In this document: positions 10,183-19,003 of the stretch, one piece after another
Position numbering within the stretch: position 1 is the first letter of the stretch
Layout: each line of letters opens with the position of its first letter
The notes under the pieces: generated by a model
The model's database searches: none
The model's input: the letters and a program-made list of their open reading frames with translations, nothing else
Told to the model about the DNA's origin: nothing
Sequence record: PQ036202
Length of the DNA stretch: 64,000 nucleotides
Direction: 5' to 3' (one strand)
DNA from: Escherichia phage GEP101
Position numbers and translations under genes: made by a program

Positions 10183-10605
10183 ATGCAGAAAATGTTTGTT
10201 CACCCAGACATAGCTGACTTTGTTAGAGCTTTGCAGAAGTTGGAAGAACTTGACATTGCTGCTCAACGGGAATATGCTCACCATCACAGGAGAATGGTTG
10301 ATATACAACATGAAATAGAGTTGTCTGAAAACTATGAAGATGACTTAAAATGCTCTGTATTTGAGCATATGAAAGATGTTGCTACAGCGAGACGTAAAGC
10401 TAAAGACACAGTTGCTTTACTAGATTCTCTTAAAAAGAGGTTGCAAAGTGGTACAGACCTGTGTAATCTAGCGTCACTGATTAACGATGTTGAAACTTCT
10501 TGGGATAGACATTACTATCCACGTTCTGAAAAGACACTTGACTTTTCTTCATCAGAAAACTTAAAATGCTCTAGAAAGAAACTTAACCAACTGAGAGAGA
10601 AATAA
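10183..10605 (+). CDS. hypothetical protein
   Basis: 140-aa ORF, first gene of plus-strand block. Confidence 0.5.
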   Translation: MQKMFVHPDIADFVRALQKLEELDIAAQREYAHHHRRMVDIQHEIELSENYEDDLKCSVFEHMKDVATARRKAKDTVALLDSLKKRLQSGTDLCNLASLINDVETSWDRHYYPRSEKTLDFSSSENLKCSRKKLNQLREK

Positions 10606-10606
10606 T

Positions 10607-11407
10607 ATGAATACTACTGTAGACCAGATGCTTAAAGAAAAAGGTATTGACGAAGCATTCTTAATCAATGCCGTAGAAAGCATGGCTATGATTCTTCGTG
10701 GAAACAACTACACAGAACAGTTTATGCCTGCAAGCTATAACTTGCCTAAAGACAAGTCTGATAACGGTGCTTTTGCAGAACAGGTTAATATGATGCTGTG
10801 TGACAAAACACTTGCTTTAGCATCTATCGTTGTAGGTGTTGATGCTCTCGCAGAGTTCATTTTTTATGAGATGCAGAAAAATGACTATATTGCCATGACC
10901 TCTGAAGAAAAAGACTTGCTACTGCTCTTAGGTTATGATGAGCTAGTTGACCTGTTAATTTCGTCAACAAGTGCTGTTATGGCTGCTCTTGAGAAGCGAA
11001 TGGAAGAGAAGCTGTCACGATATGAAAAACTTGATTGGGGTGTAGAAGAGTTAAACCCACGAATCAAAGAGATTATCCAGCAAACCAAAGATTCTTTGGA
11101 AGAAGCTGTTAAAGATGATTCCGTAGCTGATGTAGAACCACTACAGGTGAAGGTCGCTCTAATGATTCCAGCTATTTCTACAATGATGAATATCGTTGCA
11201 CTAATCCAACTTTCACAGATGATGGGTGTGAGTATGGAGTTCATTGAGGAGATGACTGGTGGTGTCAGTATGCAAGCAATCAATGATGTTTTGGTGAACA
11301 TTGGTGCTTCAATCATTGAAGAGAAACTACGCATTAACTTCGGTGATGATTTTGTGAAGCAACTCTCAGCTATGGCTGAAAAAGAGTCTGCTGAGCAACT
11401 GCACTAA
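10607..11407 (+). CDS. hypothetical protein
   Basis: 266-aa ORF; terminator downstream. Confidence 0.5.
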   Translation: MNTTVDQMLKEKGIDEAFLINAVESMAMILRGNNYTEQFMPASYNLPKDKSDNGAFAEQVNMMLCDKTLALASIVVGVDALAEFIFYEMQKNDYIAMTSEEKDLLLLLGYDELVDLLISSTSAVMAALEKRMEEKLSRYEKLDWGVEELNPRIKEIIQQTKDSLEEAVKDDSVADVEPLQVKVALMIPAISTMMNIVALIQLSQMMGVSMEFIEEMTGGVSMQAINDVLVNIGASIIEEKLRINFGDDFVKQLSAMAEKESAEQLH

Positions 11408-11425
11408 GTCTTTATAAACCCTACA

Positions 11426-11450
11426 AGCCTCCTTAGTTGGGGGCTTTTTA
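11426..11450 (+). terminator. rho-independent terminator
   Basis: AGCCTCC/GGGGGCT hairpin followed by TTTTT. Confidence 0.5.
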
Positions 11451-11468
11451 GTAATTAAGGGAGATAAA

Positions 11469-12212
11469 ATGAGTAATATTATTGCATTTACTGGAAAGGC
11501 GCGTTCTGGAAAAGATACCTCATGTTCTATTGTGAAGAATATCCTAGAAGATGAGTATGGCTACAATGTTGCAGTAATGGCCTATGCAGACAATCTTAAG
11601 CTATCTGCATCAAAGATATTTGACCTGACTTGGAATGACCTGTACGGTGAAACTAAAGAGACTCCACAGGTCTTTGATTTATCATACTCTGAACTTATGA
11701 CTAAAGTTACGGAAGCTATGGAGTTCACCTTCAGAGATGAACGTTACCATATGGACTTTAAGCTTATGTCAGAGTTAACCGGACGATTAATCATGGAACT
11801 TAAGAAGGTCGCTAAACCGACTCTATTGACACGTCTGGGATTTAGCAAAAAGTATAAATTCTCATCAAGACAAATTCAACAGATTTGGGGCACTGAAGTA
11901 ATCCGTAAAGTTATGGGTGACAAGTTCTGGTCTAAAGACCTTGAAAAAAGAATGGTAAACTTCTTTGACGTTTGCTCACTCAGGAATCAAGAAGGTGTTG
12001 TTTTAATCAGTGACTTAAGGTTTGACTCTGAAGCTGAGTGGCTGAGTAGATTTGCACACCAAACTATTGAAGTAAAAAGAGACAATGTGGACAAGGTTTC
12101 ATCACATGTTTCAGAAAATGGAATTTCTACCAAATATGCGCGTGACATTATCCATAATAATGGTACTCTTGAAGACCTTGAAAGCAAGCTAAGAGCTATC
12201 CTGAAAATTTAA
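11469..12212 (+). CDS. deoxynucleoside monophosphate kinase
   Basis: N-terminal P-loop FTGKARSGKDT as in T4 gp1-type dNMP kinases; 247 aa. Confidence 0.65.
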   Translation: MSNIIAFTGKARSGKDTSCSIVKNILEDEYGYNVAVMAYADNLKLSASKIFDLTWNDLYGETKETPQVFDLSYSELMTKVTEAMEFTFRDERYHMDFKLMSELTGRLIMELKKVAKPTLLTRLGFSKKYKFSSRQIQQIWGTEVIRKVMGDKFWSKDLEKRMVNFFDVCSLRNQEGVVLISDLRFDSEAEWLSRFAHQTIEVKRDNVDKVSSHVSENGISTKYARDIIHNNGTLEDLESKLRAILKI

Positions 12213-12220
12213 AAGAGAGA

Positions 12221-12421
12221 ATGAAGATGAGAGTAAAAGATAATTTTAAAGTTATTGACCATCGTTTAGTGGAACTCTCATCTCTTTCCAATGAGGTAAT
12301 GATTGAACGTCTTAAGAGAGTTGAATCACGAAGGAAAGAGATTGCAGATGAAATTCATGAACTGGACAAGATTGAAAATGGATTGAAGGCAGAACTACAA
12401 CGAAGAGGTGCTAATGTCTAA
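12221..12421 (+). CDS. hypothetical small protein
   Basis: 66-aa ORF. Confidence 0.4.
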   Translation: MKMRVKDNFKVIDHRLVELSSLSNEVMIERLKRVESRRKEIADEIHELDKIENGLKAELQRRGANV

Positions 12422-14399
12422 AGGTCGTAAATTGAAAGAGGCTGGTCAGTTTATTGGTCATTGTGCATGTCCACGTTGTGGCTCATCAGATGCTGGTTCA
12501 ATCTACCACCATGACGATGATTCTTATTCGATGACTTGCTTTAGCTGTAACAAAGGTTTCCCAGAGTGGGATTTTGATAAAGGACAAATCGTGAGCACTT
12601 ATTCTACTGGTTCAGATAATAAAAACCGTACTTTCCGTGGAATGGATTTAGATGATGTAAAAGAAAACCTAGAAGCAATGGACTTGAAAGACAGGAAGAT
12701 TCCTGCAAAAGTTCTTGAACGCTTAGGTATCAAGGTTGACATTGACAGTGACGGCGAAATTGACGCACATTTCTATCCAACTTACAAACGTAATGAAGAT
12801 GGCAAGCTAGAACATGTTGGCTACCGTGTTCGTCACCGTTACCCAGAAGACCATCCAAAAGAACACCTGCGTGGTAAGCTAAAAGACTTTTCAGGTGGTG
12901 TTGGAGACATTAAAGGTGAACTGGCAATGTTCGGTTCATGGATTGCTCCAGAAGGTGGGAACCGACTGTTCATCTGGGAAGGTGAGATGGAATGTGCGAC
13001 AGCTATCTACATGACTTCTTTGGCGATTAAAGATAAGTCTCGTCGTAAGAATTACTGTCACGTATCTGTTCCATCAGGTGCAAACATTAAGTCTATCAAA
13101 GACAACTATCAGTACATCACATCATTTGATGAGATTTACTTGTGCTTTGATAACGATGAAGCAGGTGCTAAAGCTACCAAAGAGGCTGCTGGTATCCTAC
13201 CTATTGAGAAGGTTCGTTTGTTCCAGTATCCAGAGGGTGTAAAAGACCTTAATGAATGGTGGACAAAGTTCTACAAAGAGAAAGACACAGTTCTGGAAGG
13301 ATTTAAACAGCGTATCTACAACGCACCTCGTTACTGCCCTGCTGGTATCAAGAACTTTGCAGATGGTTTTGAGGCAATGAAGAATCGTGGTCAGATTCCA
13401 TTGATTCCTTTCCCAGAATCTTTCGGGGATTTGAACAGGTTGACTTATGGTGGTTATGGTTTAGGTGAGATTACAACTCTGGCAGCACCATCTTCAGTAG
13501 GTAAATCAGCATACACCCGTGAAATGATTTACACTGCTTGGAAGGAAACCGATTACAATATTGGTGTAATTCCAGTTGAAGATACCTATGAAGAGTTGAT
13601 GGAGATGCTCTGTGCAATTCATCTAAGCAAGCAGATTTCTGAGATTCCTTATGATGAACGTGATTGGGATGAATTGAAGGAAGCACACGCAGAACTATCT
13701 AAAGGTCGTCGTATCCATATCGTTGACCATCAAGGGGCAATTGACCAAGATAACCTACTGGAATTTGTTGACTATCTTGTTAACAGCTTAGATTGCAAGA
13801 TTATCATTCTTGACCCTATCACGTTAGCTCTGTCACGTTCAGATACGGATGAAGAGGAAGTTTTGTCTGAGCTATTGCGTCGTTGCAAACGCTACCAGTA
13901 TGCACAGGTAAACGTATGTCACGTTCGTAAGAGTGCAGGTGGTCAGAAAGCTAACTCTGAAGGTGGAGATATCTCTGAAGAGGATATTAAGGGTTCTGGT
14001 GCATACTTCCAGATTTCCATGAACAACATTCTGTTAATGCGTAACAAGGTTGACCCAGACCCAGTTAAGAAAAACTTGACAAAAATCAAGTTAACTAAGT
14101 GTCGTCGTCATGGTAAGTCAACAGGTATTGCTGGTCATACTTGGTACAATCCAGATACAGGACGTCTCATCAAAGCTTCTGGATGTGGTGTTGATATTGA
14201 TGGTGCAGCAGAAAATATTCGTCAACAGTTTGGTATTGGTGAAGCTGAAGACCATTATGATGACTCTTTGCCTCATTATGAGGATGAAGTGTTTGACCGT
14301 GAGACTGGTGAAGTCTATACTGAAGAACAGCGTCAAAGCTCAACGATTCCACCTGTATTAAGTGAGGATGCAGATGACTGCCCGTTTGAAACTGAGTGA
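12408..14399 (+). CDS. DNA primase-helicase (T7 gp4-like)
   Basis: N-terminal Cys4 zinc ribbon (CxxC...CxxC), TOPRIM acidic motif DNDEAG, Walker A APSSVGKSAYT, Walker B IIILDP; 663 aa. Confidence 0.85.
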   Translation: MLMSKGRKLKEAGQFIGHCACPRCGSSDAGSIYHHDDDSYSMTCFSCNKGFPEWDFDKGQIVSTYSTGSDNKNRTFRGMDLDDVKENLEAMDLKDRKIPAKVLERLGIKVDIDSDGEIDAHFYPTYKRNEDGKLEHVGYRVRHRYPEDHPKEHLRGKLKDFSGGVGDIKGELAMFGSWIAPEGGNRLFIWEGEMECATAIYMTSLAIKDKSRRKNYCHVSVPSGANIKSIKDNYQYITSFDEIYLCFDNDEAGAKATKEAAGILPIEKVRLFQYPEGVKDLNEWWTKFYKEKDTVLEGFKQRIYNAPRYCPAGIKNFADGFEAMKNRGQIPLIPFPESFGDLNRLTYGGYGLGEITTLAAPSSVGKSAYTREMIYTAWKETDYNIGVIPVEDTYEELMEMLCAIHLSKQISEIPYDERDWDELKEAHAELSKGRRIHIVDHQGAIDQDNLLEFVDYLVNSLDCKIIILDPITLALSRSDTDEEEVLSELLRRCKRYQYAQVNVCHVRKSAGGQKANSEGGDISEEDIKGSGAYFQISMNNILLMRNKVDPDPVKKNLTKIKLTKCRRHGKSTGIAGHTWYNPDTGRLIKASGCGVDIDGAAENIRQQFGIGEAEDHYDDSLPHYEDEVFDRETGEVYTEEQRQSSTIPPVLSEDADDCPFETE

Positions 14400-14651
14400 T
14401 AGTTATAAAAGAGAGGGGTTCATACCCTTCTTTGAAGAAAAAAGTTTAAATGAATTTCAGGAAGAGTGTTTGACAAAGATTGATAGGTTCTATAGAATGC
14501 TCCTCATGAAATGCAATGGGGAGGTTGAGATAAAAGAAGATTTCTACCAAAGCACGATTACAGTCATCGTTGCACTGCCTCAGCATAATATCAGTTGGCT
14601 GTTTATAATTAAAGAAAATGTGTTTGAATATCAAGTATATCGGAGAATATC

Positions 14652-14801
14652 ATGAAACACTCTAAAGCATTTGAAAAAGTTTTTGGGGATTCCTTAAAAG
14701 CCACTGCTGGTAAACCAGCAAAATACTATGAAGAGAAGCGTGTAAGAACTGGAAAAACTGCACGTAAAGCAGCTTCTAAAGATAAGCACAACTTCCAGTA
14801 A
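14652..14801 (+). CDS. small basic protein (hypothetical, 49 aa)
   Basis: ATG at 14652 with GGAGA RBS; below ORF-track size cutoff. Confidence 0.3.
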   Translation: MKHSKAFEKVFGDSLKATAGKPAKYYEEKRVRTGKTARKAASKDKHNFQ

Positions 14802-14873
14802 TTAATGTTTGACAATAGAGTATCAACAAATTAGAATTGGTACTCTTCATAAATTGAGATAGAGGTTTAAATA

Positions 14874-15731
14874 ATGTCTAAAGTTGTTAAAATGAAAGCT
14901 CCGGTAGAGAAGTACAATGGTACTGAACGTCAAACTCTGCGTTACCTGCTGAAAGATGTTTGGTTTTATTACCTGAACACTTCACCACGTCCGGCAAAAG
15001 GTAAATCCATTGATAAGAAATTCCCAGGAAAAGATTGTAACTACAGTGTTTCAATTCTGGCAGAAGATGGTAACAAGCTGTTTAAAGAGTTTACTAAGTC
15101 TAAGAAAAACCCAGAAGGTTGGGATAAAGTTACTACTGAAGCAGTTGATGCAGATGACTTCGAAGAGAAGTTTGGTTGCAAACCACCATTCGAAGCAGAT
15201 ACTTACCATATCTTGAAAGTAAGTCGTGCAGCAGCTTATAAAGACGGTGCTGTATGGACAGCTAAACAGTCATTCCCTGTAATGCTGATTGAAGAAGTAA
15301 ACGGTAAGCGTGTAGCTGTTAAACAGCCGATGAAGAAAATCAAAGCTCAAGCATCTGACAAACACGAAGATGACAAGAACTATGATGTAATTCATCCAGA
15401 CATTGCAGTCGGTAACGGTTCTTTTGGTAGTGTGATTCTTTCTACTCACTTCTACACTTTTGAGAACAATGTTCTGACAAAACCTATTCAGGAACAGTTT
15501 ATCATTGACACTCTTGTACCTTACAATGGTGGTAACGGTGCTAACGGCGAACCTGAACTGGATGAAGATGAACTGGCTATGCTTGGTCTTGATGGTGTTG
15601 AAGATAACGGTGAAATCACTGAAGAAGACGCAAAAGACCACAAACCTTCTAATGATTCTGATGATGGTGACGATGAAGATTTGCCAGACCCAGATGACGA
15701 AGAAGATGAAGACTTCGATACAGAAGACTAA
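14874..15731 (+). CDS. putative single-stranded DNA-binding protein
   Basis: Long acidic C-terminal tail (DDGDDEDLPDPDDEEDEDFDTED), typical of phage SSBs; no other motif recognised. Confidence 0.45.
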   Translation: MSKVVKMKAPVEKYNGTERQTLRYLLKDVWFYYLNTSPRPAKGKSIDKKFPGKDCNYSVSILAEDGNKLFKEFTKSKKNPEGWDKVTTEAVDADDFEEKFGCKPPFEADTYHILKVSRAAAYKDGAVWTAKQSFPVMLIEEVNGKRVAVKQPMKKIKAQASDKHEDDKNYDVIHPDIAVGNGSFGSVILSTHFYTFENNVLTKPIQEQFIIDTLVPYNGGNGANGEPELDEDELAMLGLDGVEDNGEITEEDAKDHKPSNDSDDGDDEDLPDPDDEEDEDFDTED

Positions 15732-15749
15732 TCTCTGAAAGTTACTTTA

Positions 15750-15777
15750 AAGCCCTGTACTCAGTATGGGGCTTTTT
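15750..15777 (+). terminator. rho-independent terminator
   Basis: GC hairpin followed by TTTTT after SSB-like gene. Confidence 0.5.
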
Positions 15778-15793
15778 CATATGGAGAGTCACA

Positions 15794-16834
15794 ATGGAGA
15801 AGTATACGCTAACAAAACTTCCCGATTCAGTTACACATGTCTTTATTGACTCTGACAGTATTGCCTATAAAGGTGCTTGTGTAGTTGAGAAAGCAAAATA
15901 TAAATACGTCAATAAACTCACAGCAGAAGAATCTGAACCATTTGATAATGCAAAAGATGCCGCAAGATGGTTAGCAGACCAGAGAATCCTTGTAGAAGAG
16001 CTTGGCCTAGCATTTGATGAAGATGAATGGGAAAGACAGACTTGGAAAGAAGCTAAGAGTGAAAAAGAAGCTATCATGGCTACTCAGCAAGTTCTTCAGG
16101 AATGGCTTAAGGTTGTTGGTAAAGAAAGAACTTGGGTAGGTTACTTAACAGAGAAGGGTGTACATAAACATAAAGACGTTAAAGGTCTTGAGCACCAATA
16201 TCAAGGTAACCGTAAAGATGCTGTCACACCAACACACTTAGTTGCTTGTCGTGAATATCTTCTGTCAAGACCAGAGTTTAAATTGATTCTTGATGGATTT
16301 GAAGCTGACTCTATCGTTATCGCTAAAGCTGAAAAGATGGGTAAAAAGGCTGCCTTAATGAGTATTGATAAAGACCTTCGCCAAGCTGAAGGTACTTACT
16401 GCATTGATATGACCTATGAAAAATCACCTTTAATTTTCATTGCTGATAACAACGTTGGTGAAATTTGGGATTGTCCAATAAAATCGACACCAAAAGCTAA
16501 GAAGACAGTTGGAGTAGGTTTTAAATTTCTTTGCTATCAAGCTGTGGCTGGTGATAATGCGGATAACTACTTCGGTTTAAAAGGTGTTGGTAAAGCTGCT
16601 GTGATGAAGGCTCTTGAAGGGAAAACAACTTACAAAGAGTGTCTTGATGCAATTTACGAGCTATATGCTAAGAAAGACTCCTACACTTATGTATCATGGG
16701 ATGGTCAGACAATCACCAGAACACCCCTAGAGTTAATGCAGCAACACTTTTTCTTAGCTTATCAGGAAAGAAATAAGAAAGACGATTTCTCTTTTAAGAA
16801 ATATAATTGGGAGCCGTGTATGAATGAAGATTAA
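15794..16834 (+). CDS. 5'-3' exonuclease / flap endonuclease (RNase H-like)
   Basis: Acidic motifs FIDSDSIAY and SIDKDLRQ, helix-3-turn-helix-like GLKGVGKAA. Confidence 0.55.
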   Translation: MEKYTLTKLPDSVTHVFIDSDSIAYKGACVVEKAKYKYVNKLTAEESEPFDNAKDAARWLADQRILVEELGLAFDEDEWERQTWKEAKSEKEAIMATQQVLQEWLKVVGKERTWVGYLTEKGVHKHKDVKGLEHQYQGNRKDAVTPTHLVACREYLLSRPEFKLILDGFEADSIVIAKAEKMGKKAALMSIDKDLRQAEGTYCIDMTYEKSPLIFIADNNVGEIWDCPIKSTPKAKKTVGVGFKFLCYQAVAGDNADNYFGLKGVGKAAVMKALEGKTTYKECLDAIYELYAKKDSYTYVSWDGQTITRTPLELMQQHFFLAYQERNKKDDFSFKKYNWEPCMNED

Positions 16835-17321
16835 AGGGTTTGGTAATTGTCCCACCTATGGTCATTGGGTATCTTTATGTGGGGAAGTTGACCCCACTAA
16901 ACATTTTGGTTTTGTCTATTTAGTACACTGTAAGAAAACCGGACAATATTACATAGGAAAGAAACAGTTTAACAGTGTTACCAAAAGAAAAGTTGCTGGT
17001 AAGACTCGGAAGAAGGTAGTCACTAAGGAAAGTGATTGGATGACTTATGAGACTTCTTCTGAGTATGTTAAAAAAGATATTGAGAGCTTTGGAAAAGAAT
17101 TTTTTGACTTTTACATTATCCAAACCTACTACACGAAAGGTGGTCTAGTTTATGGTGAAGCAAACCTCCAACATAAATTCGATGTAATGACAAAAAGGAT
17201 TGACTCTAAGCTCAGACTCTTCTACAATGCCAACATTGCAGCAATTAAGTTTATCACTAAAGAAACTTATGAAGATGCTGAAAAAAGAATCCATAAGGTA
17301 ATGAAAGCAAACTGTGCTTGA
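16824..17321 (+). CDS. GIY-YIG domain protein (putative homing-endonuclease-like)
   Basis: FGFVYLVHCKKTGQYYIGKK resembles GIY...YIG module. Confidence 0.4.
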   Translation: MKIKGFGNCPTYGHWVSLCGEVDPTKHFGFVYLVHCKKTGQYYIGKKQFNSVTKRKVAGKTRKKVVTKESDWMTYETSSEYVKKDIESFGKEFFDFYIIQTYYTKGGLVYGEANLQHKFDVMTKRIDSKLRLFYNANIAAIKFITKETYEDAEKRIHKVMKANCA

Positions 17322-17327
17322 TAACTA

Positions 17328-17591
17328 TTGAGAGAGAATAAAATGTTTAACAAAAGTAAAGCTGTGAGTCATGTAGCAAAGGTTGACAGCAAGATTGAAG
17401 AACTTGAGCGCATTCTTGCAAATGCCAGAGAGTCAATAATTAAAGAAGTTGAAGCTGTTGAATCTCAAATGCAGCACCTAATGCTCAAACGTCAAGAGTT
17501 ACGTGAGCATCTGGAATATATTGAAACACGAGAGCTAAAGGTTAACAGATATTTTAAGGAGTCCAAATGTTTAACTCAAGAGAATCAGTAA
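17328..17591 (+). CDS. hypothetical protein
   Basis: 87-aa ORF. Confidence 0.4.
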   Translation: MRENKMFNKSKAVSHVAKVDSKIEELERILANARESIIKEVEAVESQMQHLMLKRQELREHLEYIETRELKVNRYFKESKCLTQENQ

Positions 17592-18322
17592 AAAACTGGA
17601 ACCTTCGTTGTGGAAACACTCAAAAGCAACCTTACAGTGATGAGTATTGGGAATCTTTGAAATCCCAGTCTCTGTGTATGCTTGAAGAAGCAAAAGAGCT
17701 TGTAAAAGCAATTGAAGAGAAAGACCCCATTGAGACACTGGATGCTCAAGCAGATTTGCAATATGTTCTTGATGGTTTGATTTACCTGTCACAACATGAC
17801 CATAATGGTGCTATGAAAGCTGTTTGTCATAATAATGACCTGAAGTATACAGACGACTATGAAGAAGCTTTAAAACGTCTTGCAGATGTTGAGAAGCGTA
17901 CTGGTCAAGAGTGTGTTATCAGAATGTCAGTAGTTGATGGTAAAGAGTGGTATGCAATTGTTCGTGCAGCCGATGGGAAGATTATGAAGCAATCAAATCT
18001 CCCTAAAGTACAGCTTGGTGAATACATTGTAGAGCTTGAAAGCCAAGAACTTTTTGTGGTAGTATCTGAGACATGCGTTATCTGCAAAGGTATTGTAAGT
18101 AGCTTAAAGGATTTGGGTGTAGATGGTTTTGTAGAAGTTAGTCCAATTACCTCTAAAGCAGATAAAGATTTCTGTAAAGAGAATGGACTATGGATTGCAG
18201 ATATTGTCTACTACGATGGTGAGCAGTTCCATGTAACCTCATACCCGAAACTGAATTATGATGCTAATAACCTGAAGTGCTGGTTAAAAGGGGTTGGTTA
18301 TAATGGATTCACAGAACATTAA
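17567..18322 (+). CDS. hypothetical protein
   Basis: 251-aa ORF. Confidence 0.45.
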   Translation: MFNSRESVKNWNLRCGNTQKQPYSDEYWESLKSQSLCMLEEAKELVKAIEEKDPIETLDAQADLQYVLDGLIYLSQHDHNGAMKAVCHNNDLKYTDDYEEALKRLADVEKRTGQECVIRMSVVDGKEWYAIVRAADGKIMKQSNLPKVQLGEYIVELESQELFVVVSETCVICKGIVSSLKDLGVDGFVEVSPITSKADKDFCKENGLWIADIVYYDGEQFHVTSYPKLNYDANNLKCWLKGVGYNGFTEH

Positions 18323-18626
18323 TAAAGAAGGTGTGGCTCAGAAGAGCCACTTCTCAAACTACAATATCTCTATGACGGTGTTTATGTATGACCCGTTACT
18401 TGAGAAGTATGGTGAGACTCCAGATACACTTCTGGATAATGAACAAGTTTTAAAAGCAGTCCTGTACAAATATGGGATTGATATTGAGAAAGAGTATTCC
18501 TTTGAAATCTGCCTACACAGAAATACTTTTGGGAAAGTTGTGATGGCTCCACTCTTCATGGGTGTAGAAAGAACTGACTATGGTTGGCTATATCTAAAAA
18601 GAAACTTGGAGAAATACCGTGTCTAA
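18294..18626 (+). CDS. hypothetical protein
   Basis: 110-aa ORF. Confidence 0.4.
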   Translation: MVIMDSQNINKEGVAQKSHFSNYNISMTVFMYDPLLEKYGETPDTLLDNEQVLKAVLYKYGIDIEKEYSFEICLHRNTFGKVVMAPLFMGVERTDYGWLYLKRNLEKYRV

Positions 18627-18957
18627 AGCAAAAAAGCTATCTTATGATGACATTATCTCAGGTGCTAAATTAGGTGTTGATAGTATCGGACAAGATGTTA
18701 AGCACGGAGACACAGTTATGTACTGCGATGACCGAAGAGGGAGAAGTGCAATCTTGTTTGGAAGAATTGTTTGCAAGATGCGAGGTAATTACGTTGTTGC
18801 AGACATGGATGTGAATGCCACACAAAAACTTGAAACAATTTTGGATGATAATACATCATCATGGTTCTCCCTAAATTGTATGCACACTTCTTCAGTCACA
18901 AAAGTAAGTGATAAGTTTTACGATATGTGGCAGAATGAGCAAATTTTCAAGATTTAA
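18619..18957 (+). CDS. hypothetical protein
   Basis: 112-aa ORF followed by terminator. Confidence 0.4.
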   Translation: MSKAKKLSYDDIISGAKLGVDSIGQDVKHGDTVMYCDDRRGRSAILFGRIVCKMRGNYVVADMDVNATQKLETILDDNTSSWFSLNCMHTSSVTKVSDKFYDMWQNEQIFKI

Positions 18958-18962
18958 ACTAG

Positions 18963-18987
18963 GGAGCCTCTTCGGAGGCTCTTTTCA
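18963..18987 (+). terminator. rho-independent terminator (UUCG-loop type)
   Basis: GGAGCCTC-TTCG-GAGGCTC then TTTT. Confidence 0.65.
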
Positions 18988-19003
18988 TCTGTAGGATTTA
19001 AAA

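Noticed and set aside
14362-14655. 97-aa ORF overlapping the primase-helicase 3' end
   Set aside because: Long overlap with a strongly supported gene and no RBS at any internal start; the smaller 14652-14801 ORF with an RBS is the more plausible neighbour
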